From assembly GCA_946406555.1 (NCBI GenBank), contig CAMJLB010000001.1, forward strand, positions 22,769-86,768: a stretch of DNA of 64,000 nucleotides. The letters are read 5' to 3'. Source of the stretch: an uncultured Prevotellaceae bacterium. GTDB taxonomy: Bacteria; Bacteroidota; Bacteroidia; Bacteroidales; Bacteroidaceae. Position numbers and translations under genes: made by a program. The notes under the pieces were generated by a model. That model ran no database searches. It saw nothing but the letters and a program-made list of their open reading frames with translations, and was not told the DNA's origin. Numbering within the stretch: position 1 is the first letter of the stretch; the number at the start of each line of letters is the position of its first letter. This document shows, in pieces, positions 27,693 through 37,599 of this stretch.

Positions 27693-29081
27693 ATGATGAA
27701 AAAGACTCTTGATCACGTAGGCACGGGCCAAACGGGCCCAGTGCCTTCTGCCGGCGGCAACATAAACCAGCAGTTTTACAACTACTTATGGGCCTACGTC
27801 TTAGTGGCGCTTTCAGGCTGTCTGGGCAACGTTGTCGATGGCATCATCGTGGGTAATCTAATTAGTGCCGACGGCGTGAGTGCCATCAACCTGTCGAAGC
27901 CCGTCAATCAGTTCATCTACACCCTGCACCTGTTTATCAATGCCGGTGCAGGGATGCTGGTGGGCTATGCCTTAGGCCAGAAGAACCTTCCCGACGCCCG
28001 TCGCTTCTTCTCGCTGTCGCTGTCGTTCAGCACTGCCCTCGGCCTCCTGCTTGCTTTGTTCTGTGGCGTGTTTTTCATCGACGAGACCACCCGTCTGCTG
28101 TGCAACAACGAGCAGATCATGCCGCTTGCGCGCGACTATGTCCAGGTCTTGCTGCTGGGCAATCCCGCATTTATCCTCATGTGGGGGCTTTCCACCATGG
28201 TAGGCGTCGACGGGCAGCCTAAACTGGTGTCGATGGCCGTCATCATTGACAATGTGGTCAATCTCTGCCTCGACATCGTATTCATCCAGTGGCTCGGCTG
28301 GGGCATCACCGGTTCGTCGGCGGCTACGGTCGTAGGCCATCTGATAGGCATTGCCATTCTGCTTACCCATTGGCGAAAACCCGAGAATAGCCGGCTGGGC
28401 ATTTCTCTTGCCATTCTGAAGGAGCCAATAGCTTCATCACTGAAGAAAATCGGATCCCAGGGAGCACCCCTTGCCGTAGCCTCAATCAGCCTGACGCTAC
28501 TCTTGTTCTCGGCCAACCGGATTGTGCTGACAACGCTGGGCCAGTCAGGCATCTTTGCCTTTGCCGTCTGCATGAATCTCCTGCAGGTCTACAATCTGTT
28601 CCTTTCGGGCACATGTCAGACCTTGCAGTCGCTGGGTGCCCTACAGGTAGGAAAGCATGATGCCGAGGGCCTAAGACTGGTCTTGCGCAAATCGTTCCGG
28701 TTCATCACCGTGGCCATGGCAGCCACCTGCCTTTTCGTATGGGTAGACCCTCAGGCCATAGCAGCCCTTTTTGGTGCGAATCATCCCGACTACGTGGCAG
28801 AGACGGAACATGCCCTGCGCATTTTCGCCCTTAGCTTCATTCCGTTCTGCTACATCTATGTGCTCATGATTGTCTATAAACTGTATGGCTATCACCGCAT
28901 GGCGCTCTTCATATCTTTTGCCTTGTCGCTGACGGTCATTCCCGTAATGTGGCTCATCTCTCAGGCCGTTCCCTCGCTCTTGTGGTACAGCTATCTGACA
29001 GCCTATCTGGTCGAGGCCGTACTTATATTCCTACTGCACCGATGGAACAAGGTCCGGTTCACACTGAACAAACCGTCATGA
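27693..29081 (+). CDS. MATE family efflux transporter
   Basis: About 12 TM segments; VDGIIVGN and NLCLD..FI..LGWGITG...AT motifs. Confidence 0.88.
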   Translation: MMKKTLDHVGTGQTGPVPSAGGNINQQFYNYLWAYVLVALSGCLGNVVDGIIVGNLISADGVSAINLSKPVNQFIYTLHLFINAGAGMLVGYALGQKNLPDARRFFSLSLSFSTALGLLLALFCGVFFIDETTRLLCNNEQIMPLARDYVQVLLLGNPAFILMWGLSTMVGVDGQPKLVSMAVIIDNVVNLCLDIVFIQWLGWGITGSSAATVVGHLIGIAILLTHWRKPENSRLGISLAILKEPIASSLKKIGSQGAPLAVASISLTLLLFSANRIVLTTLGQSGIFAFAVCMNLLQVYNLFLSGTCQTLQSLGALQVGKHDAEGLRLVLRKSFRFITVAMAATCLFVWVDPQAIAALFGANHPDYVAETEHALRIFALSFIPFCYIYVLMIVYKLYGYHRMALFISFALSLTVIPVMWLISQAVPSLLWYSYLTAYLVEAVLIFLLHRWNKVRFTLNKPS

Positions 29082-29119
29082 CAACAGGCCCTCTCCTTCC
29101 ACTGTAAGGAGAGAGTAGT

Positions 29120-29159
29120 AAAAAAACCGCTTCGCGGTCTTTGTAAGACCGCGAAGCGG
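29120..29159 (-). terminator. Intrinsic terminator of proS
   Basis: 15-bp perfect stem CCGCTTCGCGGTCTT/AAGACCGCGAAGCGG, with an A-tract on its left that reads as a U-tract on the minus strand. Confidence 0.8.
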
Positions 29160-29201
29160 AATGACCAATCCAAGATAGAACCTATGGATTGGAAAGTTCT
29201 A

Positions 29202-30677
29202 TTAATAACTGCGCGCGATGATGACGCGGTGCTTGGCAGGCTTTCCGCTTACCATGTCCACACCGGGAGTCTGCTCATAGGCGAAAGGCACGCAGCGAAT
29301 AGTGGCCTGCGTCTCTTCTTTGATCTTTGCCTCGGTCTCGGCGGTGCCGTCCCAGTGGCAAAGGAAGAAGCCGCCATCCTTGATACGCTCCTTGAACTCC
29401 TCGTAATTGTCGCACTCGTAGACGTGCTCGTCGCGATACTTGCGGGCCTTCTCGAAGATGTTCTGCTGTATGTCGTCGAGCAGCTTTTCCACATGATCGG
29501 CAATGCCCTCGAGCGGCAGCGTCTCCTTCTCGAGGGTGTCGCGGCGCATCAGCTCGATGGTGCCGTTCTCTAGGTCGCGCGCGCCGAGCACCAAGCGCAC
29601 AGGAACGCCCTTCAGTTCATAGTCGGCAAACTTGAAGCCCGGCCGCTTGTTGTCGGCATCGTCGAACTTCACGCTGATGCCCTTCTTGCGCAGCTGTTCC
29701 ATGATGGGCGCCACCTCTTTGTTCACAATCTCCATCTGCTCCGGCTTGGTGGCAATGGGGATAATGACTACCTGGATAGGAGCCAGACGCGGAGGCAACA
29801 CCAGGCCGTTGTCGTCGCTGTGGGTCATGATCAGCGCGCCTATCAACCGGGTGGAGACGCCCCATGAGGTAGCCCACACATATTCCGGCTTGTTCTCTTT
29901 ATTTAGATAGGTCACGTCGAAAGCCTTGGCAAAGTTCTGCCCCAGGAAGTGGCTCGTACCGCTCTGCAGTGCCTTTCCGTCCTGCATCATGGCCTCGATG
30001 GTGTAGGTGTCGAGTGCTCCGGCAAAACGCTCGGTCTCGCTTTTCACGCCCTGCAGCACGGGCACGGCCATCCATTTTTCGGCAAACTCGGCATATACCT
30101 TCAGCATCTTCTGTGCCTCCTGTTCGGCTTCCTCGCGGGTGGCATGGGCGGTGTGACCCTCTTGCCAAAGGAACTCGCTGGTGCGCAGGAAGGGGCGGGT
30201 GCGCATTTCCCAGCGCATCACGTTGCACCACTGGTTGCACATCAGTGGCAGGTCGCGCCAGGAATGTATCCAGTTCTTATAAGTGTTCCAGATGATGGTT
30301 TCCGACGTAGGACGAATGATCAGCTCTTCCTCCAGCTTGGCGGCAGGATCCACGACCACGCCGCCATCGGCGGCCTTCAGCCTGTAGTGCGTCACCACGG
30401 CACACTCCTTGGCGAAGCCCTCCACATGCTCTGCCTCGCGACTGAGAAACGACTTAGGTATGAGCAGGGGGAAGTAGGCGTTCTGCGCACCCGTCTCTTT
30501 GAACATGCGGTCGAGCTCATGCTGCATTTTCTCCCAAATGGCGTAACCATAGGGTTTGATGACCATACAGCCACGCACGGCCGACTGCTCGGCAAGGTCG
30601 GCCTTCACTACCAGGTCGTTGTACCACTGCGAGTAGTTATCGGCCCGTTTTGTCAAATCTTTTAATTCTTTTGCCAT
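29202..30677 (-). CDS. proS: Proline--tRNA ligase (archaeal/eukaryote type)
   Basis: [27 protein letters not shown] and SWGVSTR motifs; C-terminal ARSY. Start MAKEL. Confidence 0.96.
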   Translation of the reverse strand: MAKELKDLTKRADNYSQWYNDLVVKADLAEQSAVRGCMVIKPYGYAIWEKMQHELDRMFKETGAQNAYFPLLIPKSFLSREAEHVEGFAKECAVVTHYRLKAADGGVVVDPAAKLEEELIIRPTSETIIWNTYKNWIHSWRDLPLMCNQWCNVMRWEMRTRPFLRTSEFLWQEGHTAHATREEAEQEAQKMLKVYAEFAEKWMAVPVLQGVKSETERFAGALDTYTIEAMMQDGKALQSGTSHFLGQNFAKAFDVTYLNKENKPEYVWATSWGVSTRLIGALIMTHSDDNGLVLPPRLAPIQVVIIPIATKPEQMEIVNKEVAPIMEQLRKKGISVKFDDADNKRPGFKFADYELKGVPVRLVLGARDLENGTIELMRRDTLEKETLPLEGIADHVEKLLDDIQQNIFEKARKYRDEHVYECDNYEEFKERIKDGGFFLCHWDGTAETEAKIKEETQATIRCVPFAYEQTPGVDMVSGKPAKHRVIIARSY

Positions 30678-30708
30678 AATTTGTTGATATGTTGTTTCGT
30701 TTTGGGTG

Positions 30709-30716
30709 CAAAGGTA
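30709..30716 (-). promoter_or_regulatory. -7 promoter element of proS
   Basis: TACCTTTGCA on the minus strand. Confidence 0.6.
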
Positions 30717-30836
30717 CAAAAAAGTTAGGAGTTAAAAGTTAGGTGACGTTAGTTTTAGCAGCCTTGCATTGGGTAAATAATGTTAAACCATGATAAAATA
30801 CTGATTACTCGTAACCACAAACTCCCAACTTTTGCC

Positions 30837-30844
30837 TAACTTTG
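30837..30844 (+). promoter_or_regulatory. -7 promoter element of the OmpA lipoprotein gene
   Basis: TAACTTTGCA. Confidence 0.6.
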
Positions 30845-30895
30845 CAGCGCGTATAAAGACGTTAAACAAAAAATAAACTTTATTCTCAAAAAATT

Positions 30896-31570
30896 ATGAA
30901 GAAACTTAGAGTAATGATTCTGACGCTTTGCGCTGCAATCGTCATGGTGGGTTGTAACAACCTTGGTAAGGGTACGGCCATTGGTGCTGCCGGCGGCGCA
31001 GCCCTTGGTGCCATTGTTGGTAAGATAGCCGGCAACACCGTCGTGGGTGCAGCCATCGGCACTGCTGTGGGTGCCGGTACGGGTGCCCTCATTGGCAAGC
31101 ACATGGACAAAGTGAAGAAGCAGGCCGAGGCCGTGAAGAATGCCCAGGTAGAGGAGATCACCGATGCCAATGGCCTACAGGGTGTCAAGGTCACATTCGA
31201 CTCCGGCATTCTCTTTGCCACCAACTCGTCGACCTTGAACGCTACCTCGAAGAATTCGCTCACGCAGTTTGCCGGCGTGCTGAAGCAGAACAATGACTGC
31301 GACGTTGCCATCTATGGCCACACCGACAATACGGGCAACGATGCCATCAACAATCCTCTCTCGGTGAAGCGTGCGCAGGCCGTGCAGAGCTATCTGCTGG
31401 GCCAGGGCGTGAACGCCGCACAGATTAAGACCGTCGACGGACAGGGGTCTACCAATCCTGTTGCCGACAACTCTACGGCCGAGGGCCGCAAGCAGAACCG
31501 CCGCGTAGAGGTCTACATGTATGCATCGCAGGCTATGATTAATAACGCCGAGGCAGGAAAGCTGCAGTAA
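30896..31570 (+). CDS. OmpA-family lipoprotein with glycine zipper
   Basis: Lipobox MVGC, glycine zipper, and GHTD..G....N..LS..RA and NRRVE motifs. Confidence 0.92.
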   Translation: MKKLRVMILTLCAAIVMVGCNNLGKGTAIGAAGGAALGAIVGKIAGNTVVGAAIGTAVGAGTGALIGKHMDKVKKQAEAVKNAQVEEITDANGLQGVKVTFDSGILFATNSSTLNATSKNSLTQFAGVLKQNNDCDVAIYGHTDNTGNDAINNPLSVKRAQAVQSYLLGQGVNAAQIKTVDGQGSTNPVADNSTAEGRKQNRRVEVYMYASQAMINNAEAGKLQ

Positions 31571-31594
31571 TTACCGACAATTGAGAATCGACAA

Positions 31595-32278
31595 TTGAGA
31601 ATCATTAAGAATTTTTTAAGGGGAATCGTGGTGGCGTTTTTCGCTTCCACGATTCTTTCTGTGATTGCGCTTCGGTTTGTTCCCGTGTTCTTCACGCCGC
31701 TCATGTTCATCAGGTGCGCACAACAGGTGTCGGAAGGCCGCGACCTAAAGCTCAGCCACCAATGGGTGTCGTTGAACCATATATCACCCTCCATGCCAGT
31801 GGCGGTGATAGCCAGCGAAGATGGCCGGTTCCTCGACCATCACGGCTTCGACTTCAAAGCCATTCAGAGTGCCGCCAAGCGCAACATGGAGCATCCCGAA
31901 AAGCGCAAGTTGGGAGCGTCGACCATTTCGCAGCAGACGGCCAAGAACGTGTTTCTTTGGCCCAGCCGCACCTGGCTGCGAAAGGGGCTTGAAGTGTACT
32001 TCACGGCTCTCATAGAATTGTTCTGGTCGAAACAGCGCATCATGGAGGTTTACCTGAACTCCATCGAGATGGGCGAGGGCATCTACGGCATCGAGGCGGT
32101 GGCACAAGAGCATTTCGGCTGCAGTGCCGAACAGCTTAGCAGTAAGCAGTGCGCCTTGGTGGCGGCCACCCTACCCAACCCCAGGAAATTAAGTTCGAGC
32201 AATCCTTCGCCCTACGTAAAGAAGCGCCAACAGCGCATACTGAAGGAAATGCGATTCGTGAAGAAATTCGACCCATAA
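31595..32278 (+). CDS. mtgA: Monofunctional peptidoglycan transglycosylase
   Basis: SED..F..HHG, GASTISQQTAKN and K..I.E.YLN motifs; TTG start is uncertain. Confidence 0.9.
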   Translation: MRIIKNFLRGIVVAFFASTILSVIALRFVPVFFTPLMFIRCAQQVSEGRDLKLSHQWVSLNHISPSMPVAVIASEDGRFLDHHGFDFKAIQSAAKRNMEHPEKRKLGASTISQQTAKNVFLWPSRTWLRKGLEVYFTALIELFWSKQRIMEVYLNSIEMGEGIYGIEAVAQEHFGCSAEQLSSKQCALVAATLPNPRKLSSSNPSPYVKKRQQRILKEMRFVKKFDP

Positions 32279-32310
32279 CCCGATTTCGCCATTCCGTTTT
32301 GCCTTCTTAC

Positions 32311-32538
32311 TAAGTAACCGTAAAAAAATAAGTTAGTATGATTTTACCTCAGATTTTTTGGTCTATTTTCGTGTTGTGAAGAGGGAGCATAGCGGGCTAT
32401 GTGACCGATGAACAACACGAAAAGAGACAAGGGAGGGACCCGCGAGATTGAGTATCTCGTGGGAGGGTATCAGATGAGGTAATAAAAAATAAAGAAAAAT
32501 ATATCAAATCGTACCAAGTTATTTTTTACGGTTACTTA
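32311..32538. mobile_element. 228-bp element with ~33-bp terminal inverted repeats (MITE-like, element B)
   Basis: TAAGTAACCGTAAAAAAATAAGTTAGTATGATTT versus AAATCGTACCAAGTTATTTTTTACGGTTACTTA; nested internal stems. Confidence 0.72.
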
Positions 32539-32590
32539 TCCAGAAATAGGCATAAATATTATTTGTATCAGTGAATAATACAGGCTACTG

Positions 32591-35269
32591 CTACTTCTGC
32601 GTGAAGAAATGGCCGACGGTCTCTTCGCTCAGTTCGATGGTGGGATTGAAATCGCTGCTCTGCATATAGGAAAGAATGGCCGCGCGCATCTGCCGTGCCA
32701 CATGCCGTTCGTTCAGGCGGCTGTCGATGTCGATGGTGGTCATGAGCAGTCGCCCCTGCCCTACCCTTGCCTCAATGATCATGGCGAGCTTTCGCGAGAA
32801 GTGCCAGGAGTGTATGGGCTGTACGGGCGGCTGGTAGTGGGCGGGCAGCTCGGCGATGTCCATCACCTGTGCGCTGTTGAGCAGCTCCCACCAGTTGAGG
32901 TTGCCCCATGAGTCGGTGGGGAAGCCGTGGCGGAAGAGGGGGTGTTCATTGTCGATGTAGGCCCCGGTGGTATGCGATATCTGGCTGCTCATCCATGAGA
33001 GGTTCCAGAACACGGGCAGGAAGGCCTGCTTCACGTTGCTTCCCAGCTTCACCCTTCCTGCTGCCGCAAGCAGCACGGAGCCTCCCTTGCGAAGCACGTC
33101 GCGTGCCTTGCCGTCGAGCACGTTGGCAACATGTATGCCGTTGGCTTCCGGCTGTGGTGCGGCCGGCGGCTCGGGGTATACCCAGAAGTCCCACTTGTTG
33201 TCGTGTCCTGCCAGCCGGACGTGGAGGGTGAGCTTGGCCGGGGCTTCTACTGATGCCAGGGGCAGTGCCACGGTGGCCACGGAAGGGGTGCGCCCCACGG
33301 CGGCCTGTGCCACACGGAGGTCGCCCCGGCAGAGCGTCCGTTCCCCACAGCTTATGGCGTAGGAGGCTGCCGGTGTGTGCAGGGGAGCTGCCGTGGCGTT
33401 GTAGACGTCGATGGGCACGCGGAGGGTGTCGGCGGTGGTGAAGACGAAGCGCGGGAAGCGTGCCAGGGGCACCAGGTCGCTGCAGAACTGTGTCCACTCG
33501 CGTGCGGTGCAGTAGCCCTTCTCTCGCCAGAACACGTTGAGCACACCTACGGGCGACGTGCCCTGCCCGCTGTAGTCGCTCAGGCCGAGCAGCTGGAAGC
33601 CGGCATAGCCGTCGGTGCGCAGATGGCGTTCTATCTCGTATTTGTAGCAAAGGGCCTGCAGGTGCCCGCTGGCCATGAGAAACTTATGTGCCATGGGCTC
33701 CATGCCGCCCCGCCGCAGCAGGTCGGCGAAGAGCTCGAGGTTGCGTGCCTTGTAGACGCCCGTGTACTGCGGGGTCTCGCCCAGGTCGGGAAAGGCGCAC
33801 CACTGCCCTTTCTCATGGGTGATGATGGGCGACTGGCATGGCACGCTGTCTTTGTAGTTGCGGGGGAAGCTGATGCCCTCGGCATAGTCGTCGTCGGACG
33901 AGGGCGCCTGGCGTGCCCACTCCCACAGCCCGCGGGCGCTGCCCTTGACATGGAACTGTGAGCTGGCATCCCACAGCCAGCCGCCTCCGAGCGAGGCGGC
34001 AGCATAGAGGCGTGTGGGGTCGTAGTCGGTCATGCTGCGCACCCAGCGGTCGCAATAGTCCACCCAGCCGCCGTTGGGTTCGTTGCCGATGGTCATCAGC
34101 ACGAACGACGGGTGGTGGCCATACTCATCGACGATGCGTCGTGTCTCTTCTACGAGATAGCGGTCTACGTTGCGCCCGTAGGAGAGCCTTACGTCGTGGT
34201 TGGGCCACGACGGGCCTTCCACCTGTAGGTAGATGCCCAGCTGGTCGGCCGCGGCGAAGGCGGCCTCCGGCGGGCAATAGCTGTGGAATCGCACGTGGTT
34301 GAGCCCATATTCGCGGCATTTGCCAAAGATGCGGAGCCACTCCTCGATGTCGGTGGGCGGGTAGCCGGTGAGGGGGAAGCAGCAGTTGTCGGTGGTGCCC
34401 CGGAGGAAGAGGGGCCGCCCGTTGATGAGCAGCTGCCGCCCCTGCACGGCTATCTCCCGCAGGCCGAAGGTGACGGCGACGGGGGTGCCCCGATAGCTGA
34501 CGGTGCGCGTGTAGAGCTGTGGGTGATACTCGTCCCAGGTATCGGCATCGGGTCCGAGGTCAATGTGGAACGTGGTGTCGTTGATGAGCACGTCGACGCT
34601 GCGACTGTCCGTGTGTGGCACCACCCGCTTTCGCCAGACGAGTGGTGATGCCTGTAGCTCCATGCGTCCGGTGATGCCGTTCCAGTTGCCCTGCGCATTG
34701 TCGCTCACGGAGTGGGAGTCGCGCCCCACGCCCACGTTCCCGATTCCGTTGTAGACGCGGATGGCAATCTCGTTTTTCTCACCGGGTCGCAGATAGGGGG
34801 TCACATCGTAGCGGTGGGGCACCGACAGGGATAGCTGGTGGCCCACCTCCTGCCCGTTGACGAAGAGGGTGGTCTCTATGTGTGGCCGTTCTAAGTAGAG
34901 CGTCAGCTGGCGCCCCTGCCACTTGCGCGGCACGCTCACCCGCCGCCGATACCAGACGGTGCCCACATAGCGGCAATTGGGGGTGAGGAAGAAGGGCAAC
35001 ATGATGTTGCCCTCCTGTCGATAGGGTTCCATGAGGGGACTCTTGAAGAAGGTGGAGTCGTAGATGGTGGCCGTCCACCGGGTCTTCAGGGTAAGAGGCA
35101 TCCCCTTGCCGTTGGTGAGCATGGAGCCGGGCAGGGTCACGTGGTCGTCGTAGTGCGGCTCGGCAGCCATGGCAACGTCCCACCGCCCGGCGAGACTGAT
35201 GACGTCGCGTGCTGCCGCACTGCCCCAGAGGGCAAGGAGCACGATAAGGAGAAGAAGCCGACTGCTCAT
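32591..35269 (-). CDS. Glycoside hydrolase family 2
   Basis: Signal peptide; FGLREI, INGRPLFLRG, GLNHVRFHS, DQLGI and HPS....IGNE (acid/base) motifs. Confidence 0.88.
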   Translation of the reverse strand: MSSRLLLLIVLLALWGSAAARDVISLAGRWDVAMAAEPHYDDHVTLPGSMLTNGKGMPLTLKTRWTATIYDSTFFKSPLMEPYRQEGNIMLPFFLTPNCRYVGTVWYRRRVSVPRKWQGRQLTLYLERPHIETTLFVNGQEVGHQLSLSVPHRYDVTPYLRPGEKNEIAIRVYNGIGNVGVGRDSHSVSDNAQGNWNGITGRMELQASPLVWRKRVVPHTDSRSVDVLINDTTFHIDLGPDADTWDEYHPQLYTRTVSYRGTPVAVTFGLREIAVQGRQLLINGRPLFLRGTTDNCCFPLTGYPPTDIEEWLRIFGKCREYGLNHVRFHSYCPPEAAFAAADQLGIYLQVEGPSWPNHDVRLSYGRNVDRYLVEETRRIVDEYGHHPSFVLMTIGNEPNGGWVDYCDRWVRSMTDYDPTRLYAAASLGGGWLWDASSQFHVKGSARGLWEWARQAPSSDDDYAEGISFPRNYKDSVPCQSPIITHEKGQWCAFPDLGETPQYTGVYKARNLELFADLLRRGGMEPMAHKFLMASGHLQALCYKYEIERHLRTDGYAGFQLLGLSDYSGQGTSPVGVLNVFWREKGYCTAREWTQFCSDLVPLARFPRFVFTTADTLRVPIDVYNATAAPLHTPAASYAISCGERTLCRGDLRVAQAAVGRTPSVATVALPLASVEAPAKLTLHVRLAGHDNKWDFWVYPEPPAAPQPEANGIHVANVLDGKARDVLRKGGSVLLAAAGRVKLGSNVKQAFLPVFWNLSWMSSQISHTTGAYIDNEHPLFRHGFPTDSWGNLNWWELLNSAQVMDIAELPAHYQPPVQPIHSWHFSRKLAMIIEARVGQGRLLMTTIDIDSRLNERHVARQMRAAILSYMQSSDFNPTIELSEETVGHFFTQK

Positions 35270-35273
35270 GGAG

Positions 35274-37598
35274 CTACTGTGCTATCGTGGGCGTGAGCGG
35301 CTGTCGCAGCGCGCGCATGGTCCAGGCTGCCCGCTCCTGCCACTCCGCCATGGTGCGAATGTCGTATTTCGACCATGCCGAGCCGAAGAAGTAGGTGAAG
35401 CGGTCGCCCCGGTAGTCGCTCTGCACGCCTATGAGGTGCCCCTCGTTGCCGTTCGACGGCTGGTCGAGCCACTGTTTCTTGATCTCGCCGATGCCTTGCG
35501 GATAGAGCACGCCTACGAAGAGCTGACAGTTGTTCACGCGGGGATTGTCGGTGGGGTCGGCGTAAAGCAGATAGTCGCTGCCGGTGACGATGCTCTCCTT
35601 GTCTTCACTATGCACGACGACGCCCGTAGCGAGGGAGAGCGGCTTGGTGAGACCCTCATAATAGACCGTGACCTTATTGAAGTTCGACCCCTTGTCGAGC
35701 TGCACGATGCGGTGTTCCACCACAGCGGTGTCGCTGCCGATGGCCACTGGCTTGTAGACCAGATGCACAGTGGTGCGCAGCGGTCCGTTGTCGAGCAGTT
35801 CGTAGCGGTCGAAGCAGTACGGATACTTCAGCTGGCCGTCGGCCATGAGTGCCGGCGTGCCGCAGCCCAGCGTGGCCCCTACCTTATAGAGATCCATGCC
35901 CCGTCCGTGGTCGTGGTGGTAGGAATTCAGGCGGTAGAGCGAGTCGCCGCGCTGCCGGTTCTCCTTGCGCAGCTTCTCCACCTGGGGCATCATCACCACG
36001 TCTTCTATCCAGTAGCGCTGCTCCACGACGAGCTCGGGCGTGTTCTTCGACCACACGTCGGTGCCAAAGGAGCGTTCGCCCGTCTTTTGCAGTGCAGGGC
36101 CGTATACGCGGTAGGCGCCACGGTCGTTCTCCCACGCATAGTCGTCTTTGCGCTCAGGGTATATGCGTCCATAACATACTGTAGGATAATTCTTTGGCAT
36201 GCCGCGCTTCACGGTGAGCGTGAGCGTGCCATGAGGGCGCACGCCAGCGTCGACGAGCACTTTCCCGTCATGGCTCAGCTGGTAGGGAATCTCGAGTCCT
36301 CCCTCGTCGAAGACGACGAACTGCCTGCCGCCATGAATCATCAGACGCTCATTGATGTGCTGCGCATCGATTTCCACCACCTGCTGCCGGAACTCATCGG
36401 CATCGTTCTTGATGGTTATCTTCATCGAGCCGGCCCTGTTCTGCCCTGCGGGGGCACCAGTGCCGTCTTCATATCGCAGATGCTCACATGCAGCAAGCAG
36501 GAAGGCTCCCACGCCGAAGTTGGCCTCGTTTTTCTCGCTGAGCTGCTGTCCGGGAATGGCCCGCTCGCCGATGGGCTGCACGAAGCCCACGGCACCGCTG
36601 GGCTGCAGGGCACGCAGGGTGAGATAGTCCCAGGCGCGCTGCATCACCGGCTCGTACTGTGCCTTGTCGAGCAAGCCATGGTTCATGCCCCACAGCAGGC
36701 CGTAGGTGAAGAAGGCGGTGCCGCTGGTCTCGGGTCCCTCGGCATGGTCTTTGTCGAGCATCGAGCGTGTCCAGTAGCCCTCAGGCTGCTGGCACTGTGC
36801 CACGGCCTGTGCCAGCTCCTTGAACCGCTGCTCGAAGAAGGAACGGTGTTTGTAGTCGAGGGGCATGTCGGTGAGCACCTTGGCCAGTCCGGCCAGCACC
36901 CAGCCGTCGCCACGTGCCCAGAAGTCCTTGCCGCCGTTGCGGGTCTTCGCCTTGGGGTAGATGTATTTGGCATCGCGGAAATAGAGGTGTGCCTCGGGGT
37001 CGTACATCAGTTCGTCGGCCCATTTGTAGTTGGCGTAGAGCTTGTCAAGATATTTCACGTCGCCCGTGGCCTTGTAGAGCTTTGTCATCACGGGCATGAC
37101 CATATACAGTGCGTCGGCCCACCACCAGAAATCGGTCTCGGGCGAGCGCACCTCAGTGTCCATCACCTCGATGGCCCGCGCTATCTTGAAGGGGTCGGGG
37201 TTCAGTTCGTAGAGGTCGAGATAGGTCTGGAAGCATATCTGCCAGTCGCCGAAGAGCACGAAGTCGTGGCCTTCGCCATATTTCTTATATTTCCACTTGG
37301 CAGGGTCCTTCTCCTGTGCGCCCATCCATTTGTTGTGCCGGGCCCAGGTCTCGCTGTAGTCCTTCCACCGGGCAATGCCCAGCAGGCGGTAAGCCTCCAT
37401 GTTGCCGGTGTGGTAGGCGGCCTCGTCCCAGAAGGAGCGCACCAGCGGCGAATGGTGCTGCTGCCAGTAGTCGTTCACTTTGGTAATGATCTCGATGGTT
37501 GCGGGCCGTGTGGGCTCCGGTCGCTTCTTGCGTGCTTTGGCCGAGACGGTGAGCGCGCAGGCAAGCAGTGCGACAAGTAGTAATGCGGTTCGTTTCAT
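35274..37598 (-). CDS. GH105/GH88-type unsaturated uronyl hydrolase fused to a DUF4861-like domain
   Basis: WWWADALYM, FWARGDGW and ETSGT motifs; C-terminal ERKDDYAWEND...YGP. Confidence 0.82.
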   Translation of the reverse strand: MKRTALLLVALLACALTVSAKARKKRPEPTRPATIEIITKVNDYWQQHHSPLVRSFWDEAAYHTGNMEAYRLLGIARWKDYSETWARHNKWMGAQEKDPAKWKYKKYGEGHDFVLFGDWQICFQTYLDLYELNPDPFKIARAIEVMDTEVRSPETDFWWWADALYMVMPVMTKLYKATGDVKYLDKLYANYKWADELMYDPEAHLYFRDAKYIYPKAKTRNGGKDFWARGDGWVLAGLAKVLTDMPLDYKHRSFFEQRFKELAQAVAQCQQPEGYWTRSMLDKDHAEGPETSGTAFFTYGLLWGMNHGLLDKAQYEPVMQRAWDYLTLRALQPSGAVGFVQPIGERAIPGQQLSEKNEANFGVGAFLLAACEHLRYEDGTGAPAGQNRAGSMKITIKNDADEFRQQVVEIDAQHINERLMIHGGRQFVVFDEGGLEIPYQLSHDGKVLVDAGVRPHGTLTLTVKRGMPKNYPTVCYGRIYPERKDDYAWENDRGAYRVYGPALQKTGERSFGTDVWSKNTPELVVEQRYWIEDVVMMPQVEKLRKENRQRGDSLYRLNSYHHDHGRGMDLYKVGATLGCGTPALMADGQLKYPYCFDRYELLDNGPLRTTVHLVYKPVAIGSDTAVVEHRIVQLDKGSNFNKVTVYYEGLTKPLSLATGVVVHSEDKESIVTGSDYLLYADPTDNPRVNNCQLFVGVLYPQGIGEIKKQWLDQPSNGNEGHLIGVQSDYRGDRFTYFFGSAWSKYDIRTMAEWQERAAWTMRALRQPLTPTIAQ

Positions 37599-37599
37599 A

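Noticed and set aside
29091-29115. Small hairpin CTCTCCTT/AAGGAGAG after the MATE gene
   Set aside because: It has no U-tract on the plus strand, and the adjacent stronger hairpin accounts for termination.
35169-37580. 803-aa plus-strand ORF
   Set aside because: It is the antisense shadow of the GH105 gene in a GC-rich region and has no recognisable motifs. The same applies to 3097-3978, 26585-27508, 37657-38946 and 40362-41579.
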